Shown here one piece after another: positions 22,143-33,500 of a DNA stretch of 64,000 bases. Under the pieces are notes generated by a model. It had not been told where the DNA came from. It was given only the letters and a program-made list of their open reading frames with translations, and did no database searches. A program made the position numbers and the translations under genes. The DNA lies in the NCBI GenBank assembly GCA_000165345.1, contig CM000431.1, positions 128,001 through 192,000 on the forward strand, written 5' to 3'. The stretch's first letter is position 1, and every line of letters starts with the position of its first letter.

Positions 22143-22340
22143 GCTATATGTTATGTGTGACCCACCAACCGTACTTAAGTAAAACACATTTTTTTCAAAT
22201 TATTTCCATATTATTGGTATTTGTATTGATATTTCCTAGCCATCATAAAGTTCATTTTTTTTAGTAAACCTCTTAATTTAGTGCTGAATTAGCATTGCAA
22301 GTAGATACTTAATTTTGCTGTGTTTTTGTTCTAGTAGGTG

Positions 22341-22383
22341 CGGCCCGCCGGCGCGGCATGTGTTTGTGGAACGGGCCCGCCGG
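22341..22383. promoter_or_regulatory. GC-rich island with a direct repeat GGCCCGCCGG (x2) and a GCGCGG core, in an otherwise AT-rich intergenic region upstream of SLC35C-like paralog 3.
   Basis: cggcccgccggcgcggcatgtgtttgtggaacgggcccgccgg. CCCGCC/GCGCG resemble E2F-type cores. Its GC content stands out strongly against the local background. Confidence 0.4.
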
Positions 22384-22948
22384 ATTTGTTGGGTCTTCCA
22401 CTACCGCCTAAAGGAATATGGGTAATTAAAAGACAAAAAAGATGGATTGTCTACTGTATTGCTATTTATTACAAGTAACTTGAATATATAATTTTACATT
22501 CCGTATTTGAAACTAGTTTAACTTATCTTACCTTTCGAGTAATATTCTTTAATTTCTATGTATTATTAGTGAGGAGACAGAGACGTCTAAATTTGGTACG
22601 GTACCACTAGAGACTTAGTAATAATAATTAAATGATATTTAAAACCTATGAAATGTATACCAAGAGAGAAAAAGGAGAAATGAGAAATAATACGTAAACG
22701 TTGCCTGATAATTAATAGTTAATTTAAGCTTCATTCAAATAAATTAAATAGAAGTTTGTATATTAATGGCATGTCTATATGGCCATTTAAATGGATTGTA
22801 AATTCAAATCTCACTAGCAAAGACACATTTAATAATAAAATTATCATTCTACAAACTTTAATAAGAACAGAAAAATTGTTCTAGTTTTGAAGAATTTATC
22901 TGATATTTATTTGAAGAAAGTTTTATTACTTCTGTAGTTAATACGAAA

Positions 22949-24118
22949 ATGGCAGGTGATTTCGGAAACAAGTCAAATTCCCAAGAGGAAGTAAGATACT
23001 GCTTTGGCTTACCAAATGCAGTTGCTGCTCCTATTGCCATGTGCGCATTCATTGTCTCATCTATTGGTTGCGTATACTACAACAAGAAGTGCTACCAAAA
23101 GGATCTTCCATTCCCAGTCTTCATGTCTTGGGCTCAACAACTCATTGGTATGGCTATCATGTCAACTTTCTTAACTATTAGAGGTATTCTCAGTGGAAAC
23201 GAAGAAATGTCCGCAAGTATCCCATTGAGCAAGAGACTTTACAGATATAAGTATGCAGTTTTCGTAGCTTTCTGCTTCTGTATGAACATTTCTTTGAACA
23301 ATATGTGTCTCAAGGATGCCAAGGTTTCTATGTATGCTGTCGCAAAGTCAACAACTGTATGCTACTCACTCCTCTTACAATACTTCTTATTGGGTATCAG
23401 AGCTAAGCTCTCATCTGTTTTGTCTTGCTTCGTTATTATTGGTGGTGTTATCGTTGGTATCTCAGATAAGGAATTCGGTCTTGAGCCACGTTCATTCTTC
23501 ATGGGCACTTTATCATCATTCTTCCAATCTCTCTACTCTGTTGCAGTCAAATACACTGTCCCACACTGTGACAACTCCACTACTGAACTCTTACTCCACG
23601 TACAAGAGCTCTCATGTATCATTCTTTTGGTCCTCTCTGTTGCCTGGGGTGAAACTTCAAAGGTCTTATCATCTAATGTATTTGCTTTCGTCTCTGCTCC
23701 ACTCAGTGCCCTCTGGTTATGGGTTTTGATGGCTGGTTCCGCTATCCTCGCTATCTGCTTAAACCAATGCACATACTTGGTCGTCTCCCTTACTACCCCA
23801 GCTACATACAACGTTACTGGTTTAGTTAAACAAGCCCTCCAAACTGCCGGTGGTTTCATCTTCTGGGGTGACAAGCTCAAGCCAGCTCCAGTTGGCGGTG
23901 CATGCCTCACACTCACTGGTTCAGCCATCTACACACTCACCAAGCTCTGGGATAACACTCCAAAGAACACCAAACAAGAAGAAACCATCAAGGAACAAGC
24001 TCGTCTCTCAGTTGGTACTGGTTCTGATGCCTTTGAAAACCCACTAACCGAGAATGGAAACCAAAACGAGAAGCAACCTCTCATCCCAGAGGACAAATGC
24101 GAGAAGGGTCAGGCTTAA
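22949..24118 (+). CDS. Nucleotide-sugar transporter, SLC35C-like. Paralog 3 of 3.
   Basis: 389 aa. NNMCLKDAKVSMYAVAKSTTVCYSLLLQYFLLGIRAKLSSVLSC and TPATYNVTGLVKQALQTAGGFIFWGD...TGSAIYT. This is the paralog most similar to paralog 1. Confidence 0.8.
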   Translation: MAGDFGNKSNSQEEVRYCFGLPNAVAAPIAMCAFIVSSIGCVYYNKKCYQKDLPFPVFMSWAQQLIGMAIMSTFLTIRGILSGNEEMSASIPLSKRLYRYKYAVFVAFCFCMNISLNNMCLKDAKVSMYAVAKSTTVCYSLLLQYFLLGIRAKLSSVLSCFVIIGGVIVGISDKEFGLEPRSFFMGTLSSFFQSLYSVAVKYTVPHCDNSTTELLLHVQELSCIILLVLSVAWGETSKVLSSNVFAFVSAPLSALWLWVLMAGSAILAICLNQCTYLVVSLTTPATYNVTGLVKQALQTAGGFIFWGDKLKPAPVGGACLTLTGSAIYTLTKLWDNTPKNTKQEETIKEQARLSVGTGSDAFENPLTENGNQNEKQPLIPEDKCEKGQA

Positions 24119-24325
24119 GTTGCGTCATTTTTCTAATCCTGTGCTTTGATCGGGGCACATCACAAATTAACAAGTTCGAACGAGCTAAGAATGGCTTAAA
24201 GCCCTTCCGAACATCGCGGTGTCTGTCGCCTAAATCGGGTCCATCACGTTGAGATTCTTGCTCTACTTTTGTGTCAATGTACACAGGGTCTCGATTCTAC
24301 TTGAGCTTGCCGTAATATGCGGGTC

Positions 24326-24356
24326 TGGCGCCGTTTTGTTTTGCATGGTTGGCGCC
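24326..24356. promoter_or_regulatory. Two E2F-like sites (TGGCGCC at 24326-24332 and TTGGCGCC at 24349-24356) with an intervening GCATGG, between SLC35C-like paralog 3 and the PAN-domain gene.
   Basis: gtctggcgccgttttgttttgcatggttggcgcctaatgg. Confidence 0.45.
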
Positions 24357-24634
24357 TAATGGTTACGTAAAACACGAGGCTTTGTTCCTGGTTTGTCGAT
24401 TGTCGATGGGCCTGATTAAGAGGAGATGCGGAGAATTTATACTAAAAATGTTTGGGTAGTATAATGAGATGTTTATCTTCTTTTCCAAGTGAGTTTGGAT
24501 TTAAGAAATGTATCTTAGTCTAGGTGTCAATGGACAGGTAGATGTCAGGGATCTTAACATTTTACGTGTTCGATACGTATAAATTATTCTGGGTTTACGA
24601 TATTGTTTACTTTTTTTTGTTGAATCTTTTTTCT

Positions 24635-26782
24635 TTACAGAATTAGCAGTAATAGAATTGCCAGAAGGATTGAGAGTTGTTTCGTAGTAAGGCTAGAATT
24701 GAATGCATCTGAGCTCCTTGTTAGATCCAATGATAGACTTCCAACTTCAGCGTGAAGAATATGTTCTCTATTTCCGTTTGGGTAGGATACAACTAAAGGA
24801 GTGCTAATACCCATTAAAATTACTCCAGAAGTTGGCCAACTATTTTCAATTATATCAAATAAAGGTCTCAATCCTCTTTTATCATTAATACTGTATAGCA
24901 TGCATTCATATGAATTATTAAGTTCAAATATTTGACATTTCTCTTCCATAGAACACAAAGATCTACAAAATTCTCCATGATGGTCTGTTGAATTTGTACT
25001 AATTTTGATCGATTTTATTAATTGAAGTTTGTCAGAAAACCGTGTAACACCATTGGAGTATATATATTCATAACATATAGAAGGTCCAACTACAGAGTTT
25101 GTATCAATGATTGGAACAGTATTGGATTTCACTACTCCTTGTTTATAGCATTCTTTTTTCTCTTTATTATAAACAAAATAGCTTCCAAGGCCATTATTTT
25201 CAAGTACAAGTGCTTGACATTCTGCTGGACTGCTAACAGCACTATTAGTGACTTTAACTTTATCATTTCCATCAAGCAATGGAGTAACTAAGTTTACATT
25301 ATGACTATAACATGGACAAGAAACTGACCCAGTAATCATCGAATAAGTGGAAGAATCTCTTTTAAAGCTATATTTTTCGCTAGAATAACCATTACATATA
25401 TTATCTTTGTTATTATAAGTCCAAAATTCACAATCACTTGTTTGAATACAGGAATTCTGACATTGCCCAGGGCTTAGAAAAGTTGGAATCGAAAATAGAT
25501 TTACTCCTGTAAATGATGATCCGTATTCATGGCAATTACTAGTGAAGTTTGAAGTATATAATGGTGCCCAAGTATCGTGTTTAACAGATACTCTTATTGT
25601 GTTATCCCTACATTCAAAGAATTTAGGAATGGCAAGATCATTGAGATAAATTACCCCAGATTCAGCATATAAAGATCTAGCTATAACCAACTCGACAATT
25701 AATCCATTATACATAACGTGTGGATATTTGCCTGTAAAGATTTCATTATTTGGTTTAAACTGATCAAATAACTGTGTATTTGTGTAATTTGTATATAACT
25801 GAGAAACAGTAATATCTCCTGTACTATTGAGGGAAATGAGAAAGTTATTATTATTTTTTTGGCATGATAAGATTACTCTCATATCAGTATTTCCAATTGG
25901 AATACTTGGATTTACAGGAACATGCAAAGAAGAAAGAAACATTCCTCCAAGTCTCCAAGAGGATCCAGGGGTAAATGGTGCATCCATTTCTACGAGTTTA
26001 TTTTTTGTTTTTGGGATTACATTAGGGAATGGAAGCTGATTTCGAATCCAATTAACCCCAACAATGTATGTTCGGGCCCAATGGACATTTTTGAAAATTA
26101 CCTCTCCAATAGAGAATGGGCAGTTAATTCCAATAGACTCACTAGTCAAATGAGCTTTTTCATAGCCAACTCCATAAATTTCAAAGACATATTCTCCTTT
26201 CTTATTCAAAACTGGAACTAAAGTGAGTTCGAAATAGGAAGATTCGCCTAGATATGGGAAAATTCCATATCCCCATCCCCCTGCTTTGCTCTTTCCATTA
26301 TTCAATTCGAAAGATCCTCCAGTAACATCAATAACACCATGGTGAGTCACAACAGGTTTTCCTCTAATCTTTAATCCTCCCTCAGAAGGGTTATTGCATT
26401 TCAACTCAAAATCGATATAGCATACACTTGGTAAAGGAGTTCCAGTTTGTAACTTACCACAAGCACTTATTCCAGCAAGTTTAAGGTATGAAAATGGGCT
26501 CAATGCACCATCTAAGATATCTGCAACAAATGTAGTTGAATTACCAAATCTGCTTGTTGGAATACTTAAAGATGGAAATGGGCCATCATTAAAATACTCT
26601 GGAATCTTTCGTTGGCATTTAACAATTGTTAATATATATGCTAAAGCAAGAAGGCCGTATTTAAATTGCTTCCAAGATTTTCCCATTTTGTGTGCTAAAT
26701 CCCTTACTCTAAGTACGATTTGATTAACTGTGTTTATTTTAGCAAACTTTGCTTTTATCAATTTCTGACTCCTAATTTGCAC
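24635..26782 (-). CDS. Secreted or membrane-anchored protein with three C-terminal PAN/Apple-like cysteine-rich domains.
   Basis: 715 aa. The N-terminal hydrophobic segment (GLLALAYILTIV) is a signal anchor. The C-terminal third has three Cys patterns typical of PAN/Apple: GQCQNSCIQTSDCEFWTY..NICNG; SPAECQALVLENNGLGSYFVYNKEKKECY; HGEFCRSLCSMEEKCQIFELNNSYECMLYS. Confidence 0.6.
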   Translation of the reverse strand: MQIRSQKLIKAKFAKINTVNQIVLRVRDLAHKMGKSWKQFKYGLLALAYILTIVKCQRKIPEYFNDGPFPSLSIPTSRFGNSTTFVADILDGALSPFSYLKLAGISACGKLQTGTPLPSVCYIDFELKCNNPSEGGLKIRGKPVVTHHGVIDVTGGSFELNNGKSKAGGWGYGIFPYLGESSYFELTLVPVLNKKGEYVFEIYGVGYEKAHLTSESIGINCPFSIGEVIFKNVHWARTYIVGVNWIRNQLPFPNVIPKTKNKLVEMDAPFTPGSSWRLGGMFLSSLHVPVNPSIPIGNTDMRVILSCQKNNNNFLISLNSTGDITVSQLYTNYTNTQLFDQFKPNNEIFTGKYPHVMYNGLIVELVIARSLYAESGVIYLNDLAIPKFFECRDNTIRVSVKHDTWAPLYTSNFTSNCHEYGSSFTGVNLFSIPTFLSPGQCQNSCIQTSDCEFWTYNNKDNICNGYSSEKYSFKRDSSTYSMITGSVSCPCYSHNVNLVTPLLDGNDKVKVTNSAVSSPAECQALVLENNGLGSYFVYNKEKKECYKQGVVKSNTVPIIDTNSVVGPSICYEYIYSNGVTRFSDKLQLIKSIKISTNSTDHHGEFCRSLCSMEEKCQIFELNNSYECMLYSINDKRGLRPLFDIIENSWPTSGVILMGISTPLVVSYPNGNREHILHAEVGSLSLDLTRSSDAFNSSLTTKQLSILLAILLLLIL

Positions 26783-26987
26783 TCCCGCGTGAATTATTTT
26801 TTCACTTTTATTATTAATCTAAATTTTGACCTTCAGTCTTTAATTCCATCATCCAAACCCTGAAAATTCCTTTGTATTTCCAAACCCTTTGTTAACACAA
26901 TACTTACCTCCTCCCGACATTTGCTACTATTTTTACATATTATTGCAAATTAATGTGTTACTCATAATAAATTCCCACATTATAATT

Positions 26988-27020
26988 TGCATGCATGGCG
27001 CCAAATATGTGGCGCCATTT
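26988..27020. promoter_or_regulatory. GCATGCATG followed by two palindromic E2F-like sites (TGGCGCCAAAT and GTGGCGCCATTT), in the divergent promoter between the PAN gene and the large Ser-rich gene.
   Basis: gcatgcatggcgccaaatatgtggcgccatttg. Confidence 0.5.
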
Positions 27021-27558
27021 GTAGGATCTCGATACCTATTTAAAAGAAAAATGTATTAACTAGTATTTGACTTCCTAATGCTTTTCTAAGCTGAGTTAAG
27101 TTAAGAGTTAGACTAGTGTATCTAAAAGAATGTTTTAGAATTTTAAATTTGAACATTCTAATTTTTAGTTGAACCGTAAGTAAAGTGAAGGTATAAGTAG
27201 AATAGTATTTTAAAGATGCAAAGATGGATTTAAAAAAAATCTACCCTTTTAGAGTAAATAATAGATAATTAACATCCATATTATATTTAAATATTTCATA
27301 TTCTTTAATTTCAAAGCATTTTCAATCTCAACTTTTTTTTACAAAATTTATTTTATTCAATTCCAACAACAATAGGCGGTATATTATGCAGCATGGAAAC
27401 AAAGTATTAAAAAAGATCTCAAAAAAAAAATTGAAAAAAGAGAAAACTTTCGAGAAAAGTTTTTAAACTTAAAAATATTTAAAGGATTATGAAGTATAAA
27501 CTAATACTCAGAAAGGACGCAAACGTTATAAACTAAGAACAATAGAAAATTAACCAGA

Positions 27559-30500
27559 ATGAATGGATCTAAAAATAGACCATCTTTCTCTGTAAAGATC
27601 CTGTTGTTTTTTCTAACTTCTGGATATCTTATTTTTAGTCCTGTGGTATTTGGTATTGGATTATCACAAGAACAGACAGGATTTACTGGATATGATAGTC
27701 CTATCCAAGAAACAAGTGGTTTAGAAGCCACTAACTATGAAGCCAGAGATTATTCTACCATTTTTGGACAGGATGCAAGTTCCTCGCCAGAGTCTAAAAC
27801 TCTGGGGGAACTTTCTAGAGTAAAATCTAGGTCTGCAGATAGAAGTCCAAGCTTGCCATATTCTCAAGAACCTTCTATGGAACTTGAAAACAGCATATCA
27901 AAAAGCCCTTCAGCATTCCCTAATCAATCTCAACAATACTCTCCAGTTTATGAACAAAGCCCATCAAAAAATTCAAGATTTGTATTAAAAAGAGAGAACT
28001 CTTTACTTGGTGAATTAAGTAAAAGTAAAAGTTCTTCTAAATCTAAATCTCCACAGAAAAAAATACCCTCTAAAGACAAAAAACGACCTTTAGTGGTTTC
28101 TTTGTCTTCTGAAGCTTCCCATTCAGAGAGGTCTAAGTCCAGATCTCCTTCTAGATCAAGTTCTAAGTCTAGATCCAAGTCTAGATCCAGATCAGAGTTG
28201 TCAAAGTCAAGAACGGGATATGGTGGTGAAATGTCAATTTCCAGCCCTGAAATTTCTCCAGTCAAGACCGAGAAATCCAGATCCAAATCAAGGAAAGAGA
28301 GCTCTAAGAGACCTTCTACTCCAGAATCTGAGTTTTTAAAGGAACAAGAAGTTTCCTCTTCTCAAAATATGGGAAACATTATTCCCCTTACTGCTCCAGA
28401 TATGTCACCATCTCCAAAGTTTTCCTTTAATGAAGTTTCTCCTTCTAATAGGGTTGAAGCCTCTAATATTGAAGCTTCAGCATCTCCATCTACCTTATTG
28501 GATCAATCTATTCCACAAGAAGCTTCTGTTAGTTCACCAGAATCCAGTTCTCTCCTTTCTGAAGAATTAAGTGTAAAAGAAGATGGGTCCCTGAATGCAA
28601 CTCAAATGCCAAGTAGAAAGTCATCAGGAACTTCTGAATCTGTTTCTGCTCGTCCATATACACCAGTTGACGAAGGTTCTGAATTCTCTACTTTATTGGA
28701 TGGAAGTCTTTCTTCAAATGAGCCGATAGATACGAGTCATCTACCTTTGGAAGTTGCTTCAGAATCCAGTATTGGCTCCAATTATATGACTTTATTAAGT
28801 TCTCTATATGGAATGCAGGCCTTATCAGGAGTTCCACTTGACTTTTCAGAAGAGCTTTTTAGAATTGAAATCTTAGTTAGTGAAGCTCTTTATAATACAG
28901 GATTGAGTATTTCTAATGCTGATGTTACACTTCTTACAAAAAGAGTTGCTCTGGTGGATTCTTCTGACAAAAACAACTCATTTGGAGCTCAAGTACATCC
29001 AAACTCTTTTGAAAAGATTCCATCATTCCCCAAAGTTACCTTTAATTTTGCTGAATGCGTTTATCAACTTGAAAATATTCTCTTCCATACAAGATCATTC
29101 ATCAAGCCTGTCTCAATGTCTCATATATTAAAAGGATGTGATCATATTAGATCCTCCTTAAATATTAGTAAACCTATTATGGAGAATAATGAAATCTTTA
29201 CAAAAGTTATTCAATATTTGATTCTCAGAATATACAATATAGGTAATCATGAAATTTTAAGTATTATTCATAAAAGAACCTCTATTCCAGCAATATTAGA
29301 TCTTACTGTATTTGAGAAATTGCAGAAATCATTGATTGAAGATTTTCTATCCGATTCCACTTCACTCCCTCTACCTGTTGAGTTCTGGAGAACTATATTT
29401 GTTCAACAACTACATTCTTTTAATTTATATTCAAAGGATCTAATTGGAGGACTTCTTGATGATCATTTTGGACTTATGGACATATTGTTGGATACAATGT
29501 ACTCAGATCCAATCAAAATGTGTCCATATATCACGTCTATTGTATTCTATAAAGTAAATCCATTCAAAATTGAAGATATTAGGATCAACTCAGCTAAGAT
29601 ACAAACTTTCTGTCTCATATACCTCAAGAATATGGGCTTAAATGAATTAGTTACCTTAAACAAATTGAATATGCCTACTCTCAGTAGAAACTCCAGACTT
29701 GATCAAATCGCCAAACAATTAGCTCCAGGCTTTGAAATTCTTCCATATTTCCATCCAGATTTTCCTAAAGATGGCAATGATCTTACTTGGGAAACTTGTT
29801 ATTCTATCTATTCCTCAGTATCAATGATGCTTAATTCTCTTCAGCTTGATCTAATATTCCCTCAGATCTCACCTTTATGTACCAAGATTACCAAAAAACC
29901 TCCTAGTCCAAAATTTATATTGGGAATGTTTTCAAGGATTCTTGATATACCTAGTACAATTCAGAATAGTCTATTGGAAATTCAAGATATTGATCAGATC
30001 ATTTCCTCTCTCTCGGTACAACTTAAACTACCTGAAACTCATTTAAGAGAAATTTATACTGATTATATTCAAGGAAACCCAATAAAGTACTTAAATACAA
30101 TATATACCATTTTAACCAAATCTCTCAAATTTTACTTTGGATTTGATTCAAACCAAGAATCTAATAGACAAAGAAACTCAAATAAGACCTTTGAACAACT
30201 ATTTCTTACCAGAAATATCTCAGAAAATACACAAATGTTTGAAAGACTGAATTATTGGAGTACAATTCACCTTTATTTCTTGTCTTTTACTATGGGAATC
30301 CCTAATTCATCTGAAATCCTAAGTGGTATCTACTCATTTACTCCATCTAATTGTGAATCCCTTTTATTCTCCTTCTTTAGAAGAGTCTCTTATTCAACAA
30401 GATCCAGTATTGCTGATAGTCTTACTTTGTGTATTACAATGTATTCTGTTATTTACAAAAACAACATTTCTTCAGTTCTGGTTAAAAATATATCAATCAA

Positions 30501-33500
30501 AGAACTTAGAGATGCTCTTAATTATAAGATCGGTACCTGGACTCCAACACAAAATGAATGGATGAGATCAATTTACATGGTCTTTGAAAATAAGTTGGAG
30601 ATTATTCCTAATATTTCAAATATTCAAACCCTCAGTTTGACAATCAATGAAGACTTTTTTAATTGTTTCTATTCTGTAAATAAGTATCTTCATGGAATGG
30701 TTACAGTTACTAGGTTTAAAGATATTAAAACTCCAAATCTAGAAAATAGAATACTCAATGAAAGGAGTCTTGGATTCAACCTTTGTTCTTCCATGAGTAT
30801 TGGAGCTCATAGTACTAGAGAAGAAGCTATTGAACTTAGAATCATTTCTACCGTTATTGAAGCTGTAAGACAGTTTGGGTTTAAGATTGATATTGAATAT
30901 ATTAAAGAGTTTATTAACAATTATAAGCTATCAAACAATTCAGCATTTCCTTCTGGAAGGATAATTCTGGATAATATAATCTCAAAGTTCCCAAATACCC
31001 TTGGGACAGCTATTAAAAAAGCTTTCCAGGCTAATTCATCCTCATCCAATTCACTTCCCTACTTTATTCAAGCTGAAAGAATCATTTCAAAAACATTAGA
31101 GTCTCGAGGATGCTTTATTCAGAACAAAGAAACTAGTATTGATGGAAGGAGTTTTGAATTGAGTAGAGATATATCAATTTCTCCAGGAAATAAAAATGTC
31201 TCATACTATAATACCATTAATTCATGTCTTTCTTGGAAAACTTTTGGATATTTTAATCTGATTTCATGTTATTCTGTTCTAGTGAATTCTGGAACTTGTG
31301 AATCAAAAGACGTTATCTTAGAGGCTATGGTTGAAATAGCAGAAAGACTCGAATGGCCAAGAGAACTTATTCTACTGATTCTTTCACAAGATTTTTCTCT
31401 CTCAGATTCTAATGTATTCCAAAAAATTAAACAAAGTACTGATCAAGAGGAATTTGAGAAGTATTTACAAATTATTCAAGATCTTATAGTACATGTGGAG
31501 GAACATGTTAATGACTTTTCATGGTCTGAGAAATCTCTGTCAAATCCCAAAGATGAATCTTACGTACTTGCAGAACCTTCAGAGGTTAGTATTAGTAAGA
31601 GCCAAACTCAGAAGATTAACTATTCATTTGCATTTGGATTTAGTAAGGATTCTATTGGTGATTATTTGAGATTATGGGAATACAGAAAAGAGATAGTTCT
31701 AAACCAAATCATGAGTTTTCCTGTGAATCCTTCTCTATCACTCACAAAGGATGAAATCTCATCTCTTCTTATGGACTCTTCACCTCAAAATATCAATAAA
31801 TTTGTGAATTCAAAAATGACTCCTTTTGCTAATAAGATCAAAGAGTTATGTTACAAAGAACCTCATGGATCTTTCCTCTGTGAGATTAAGACTCAAATTG
31901 GACTTCCACCTTTGAAGATTTATGGAAAAGGATCAAATATGATTTCAACTTCTATTTCAGTCATGAATCCTCCTAAAGAGTTAGGACAAGAAAATCTTTT
32001 AGTGTTAATGATTGCAACTCCATCAAAATCTTCAATTAAGTGGGAAAAATTAGAACCACAATCTCTGCTTTTCTTAAGCGTGTTAATGGGTCCAAAATGG
32101 GAAAAAGAGCTTAAAAGATACACTCAACTTTCCGTTAAGTATTTCCCATACTCTGGAGAGTATATTAGACTAACTCCTCCAGTATTTAAGATAGAAACTA
32201 AGGAGAGTATAATTCAAGAAACTTCAGATTTGTTGGATTCATCAATTTCAGCTTCTATTTCGCGCTCCCCAAGTACCAAAATGTCAAAGGCTTCAGTACT
32301 TCCAGGAGTATGGCATGAACACTTAGGAAATATTTCAATCCAGAAGCTCGTAGATTTCTCAAAGTTTGTTCCAGATAACTCAAACTTATTGATTAACATT
32401 GTTTGGACATTAGCTTCTGCTTTTAATTCATTATGGGTAGGAGGAGTGGAACTTTGTCAAATAGACTTAAAGTCCATATATGCTTATTTAGGAAGTCAAA
32501 ACCAACAGAGCTTGAATATGGGAAAGATTTTAGATGAATTTCTTGAATTTGGGCCAAATGAAGAAAACGTACATTCACTAACAAACTTTGTTCTCCATAC
32601 GTTATCTCCTCCTTTGATTCGGTTTAGTGAACTTGGGAGAAGCAGAGTACACTCCGTGACAGAATCGTCAATTGAAGCTTCTCAGTCCAAAATAAATGAA
32701 TGCAATGATCAATTGGAAGTCATGAACATCTTTAAGAATATATTAAGCTCAACAGACTTATCTGGAAAGATTAAAGGCCAAAATCTTGAGACTATTTGTC
32801 GTGAGATCTCTGAAATAGATCCCACTAAGCTTGATTGTAGCTCTTTGGCTTGGGCAAGGGAAAATAGTAGAATTCCTAATGATCTTGACAAATGGCCAAT
32901 TACAGATATTCCAATAGTTTCTCCAACTCTCAAACAGCAGGAAGTTGAAATTCCGACTTCTGTTAATCCAAATGAAGAGTTTTCAAACCCTGAATCTAAA
33001 TATTCGGAACAAAGCAGAAGCCTTTTAGAGTCTGCACCAACAATTCCTGTCTATATTCCTCCATCTGCTCCATCCATTCCTCCTTCCATTCCTCCACCAA
33101 TTCGTCAATCTGTTCGTCACCCTATTCCCCCATCTATTTCTGCTTCTGAACCAAGTGCAAAGGAAGTCGTGACAGAAGAGTCTCAAAAGAAAGAATTCTC
33201 TCCAGAATCACCTCCATCCGAAGAATCCGAGGTTGAAGGAACATCCACAAACGAAATCTTTGATCAAGCCTCTGTGGATCAGGGTGATTCCTCGGTATTT
33301 GTTACTAATCCTATACTACCACCACCTCCTACTAGTACCATAGTAAAGCCTTATAAGCCAGAGGATCTAAATGAATTTACTCTAGTCAAGGTTCCAAAAG
33401 GGCAACTTATGAATCTTCATATCTATCCAAGGATTACAGGAAATCTTTCAGAACAGAGGAAATTTGAAATTAAAGAATTACTAACAACATTAAAAGGAGT

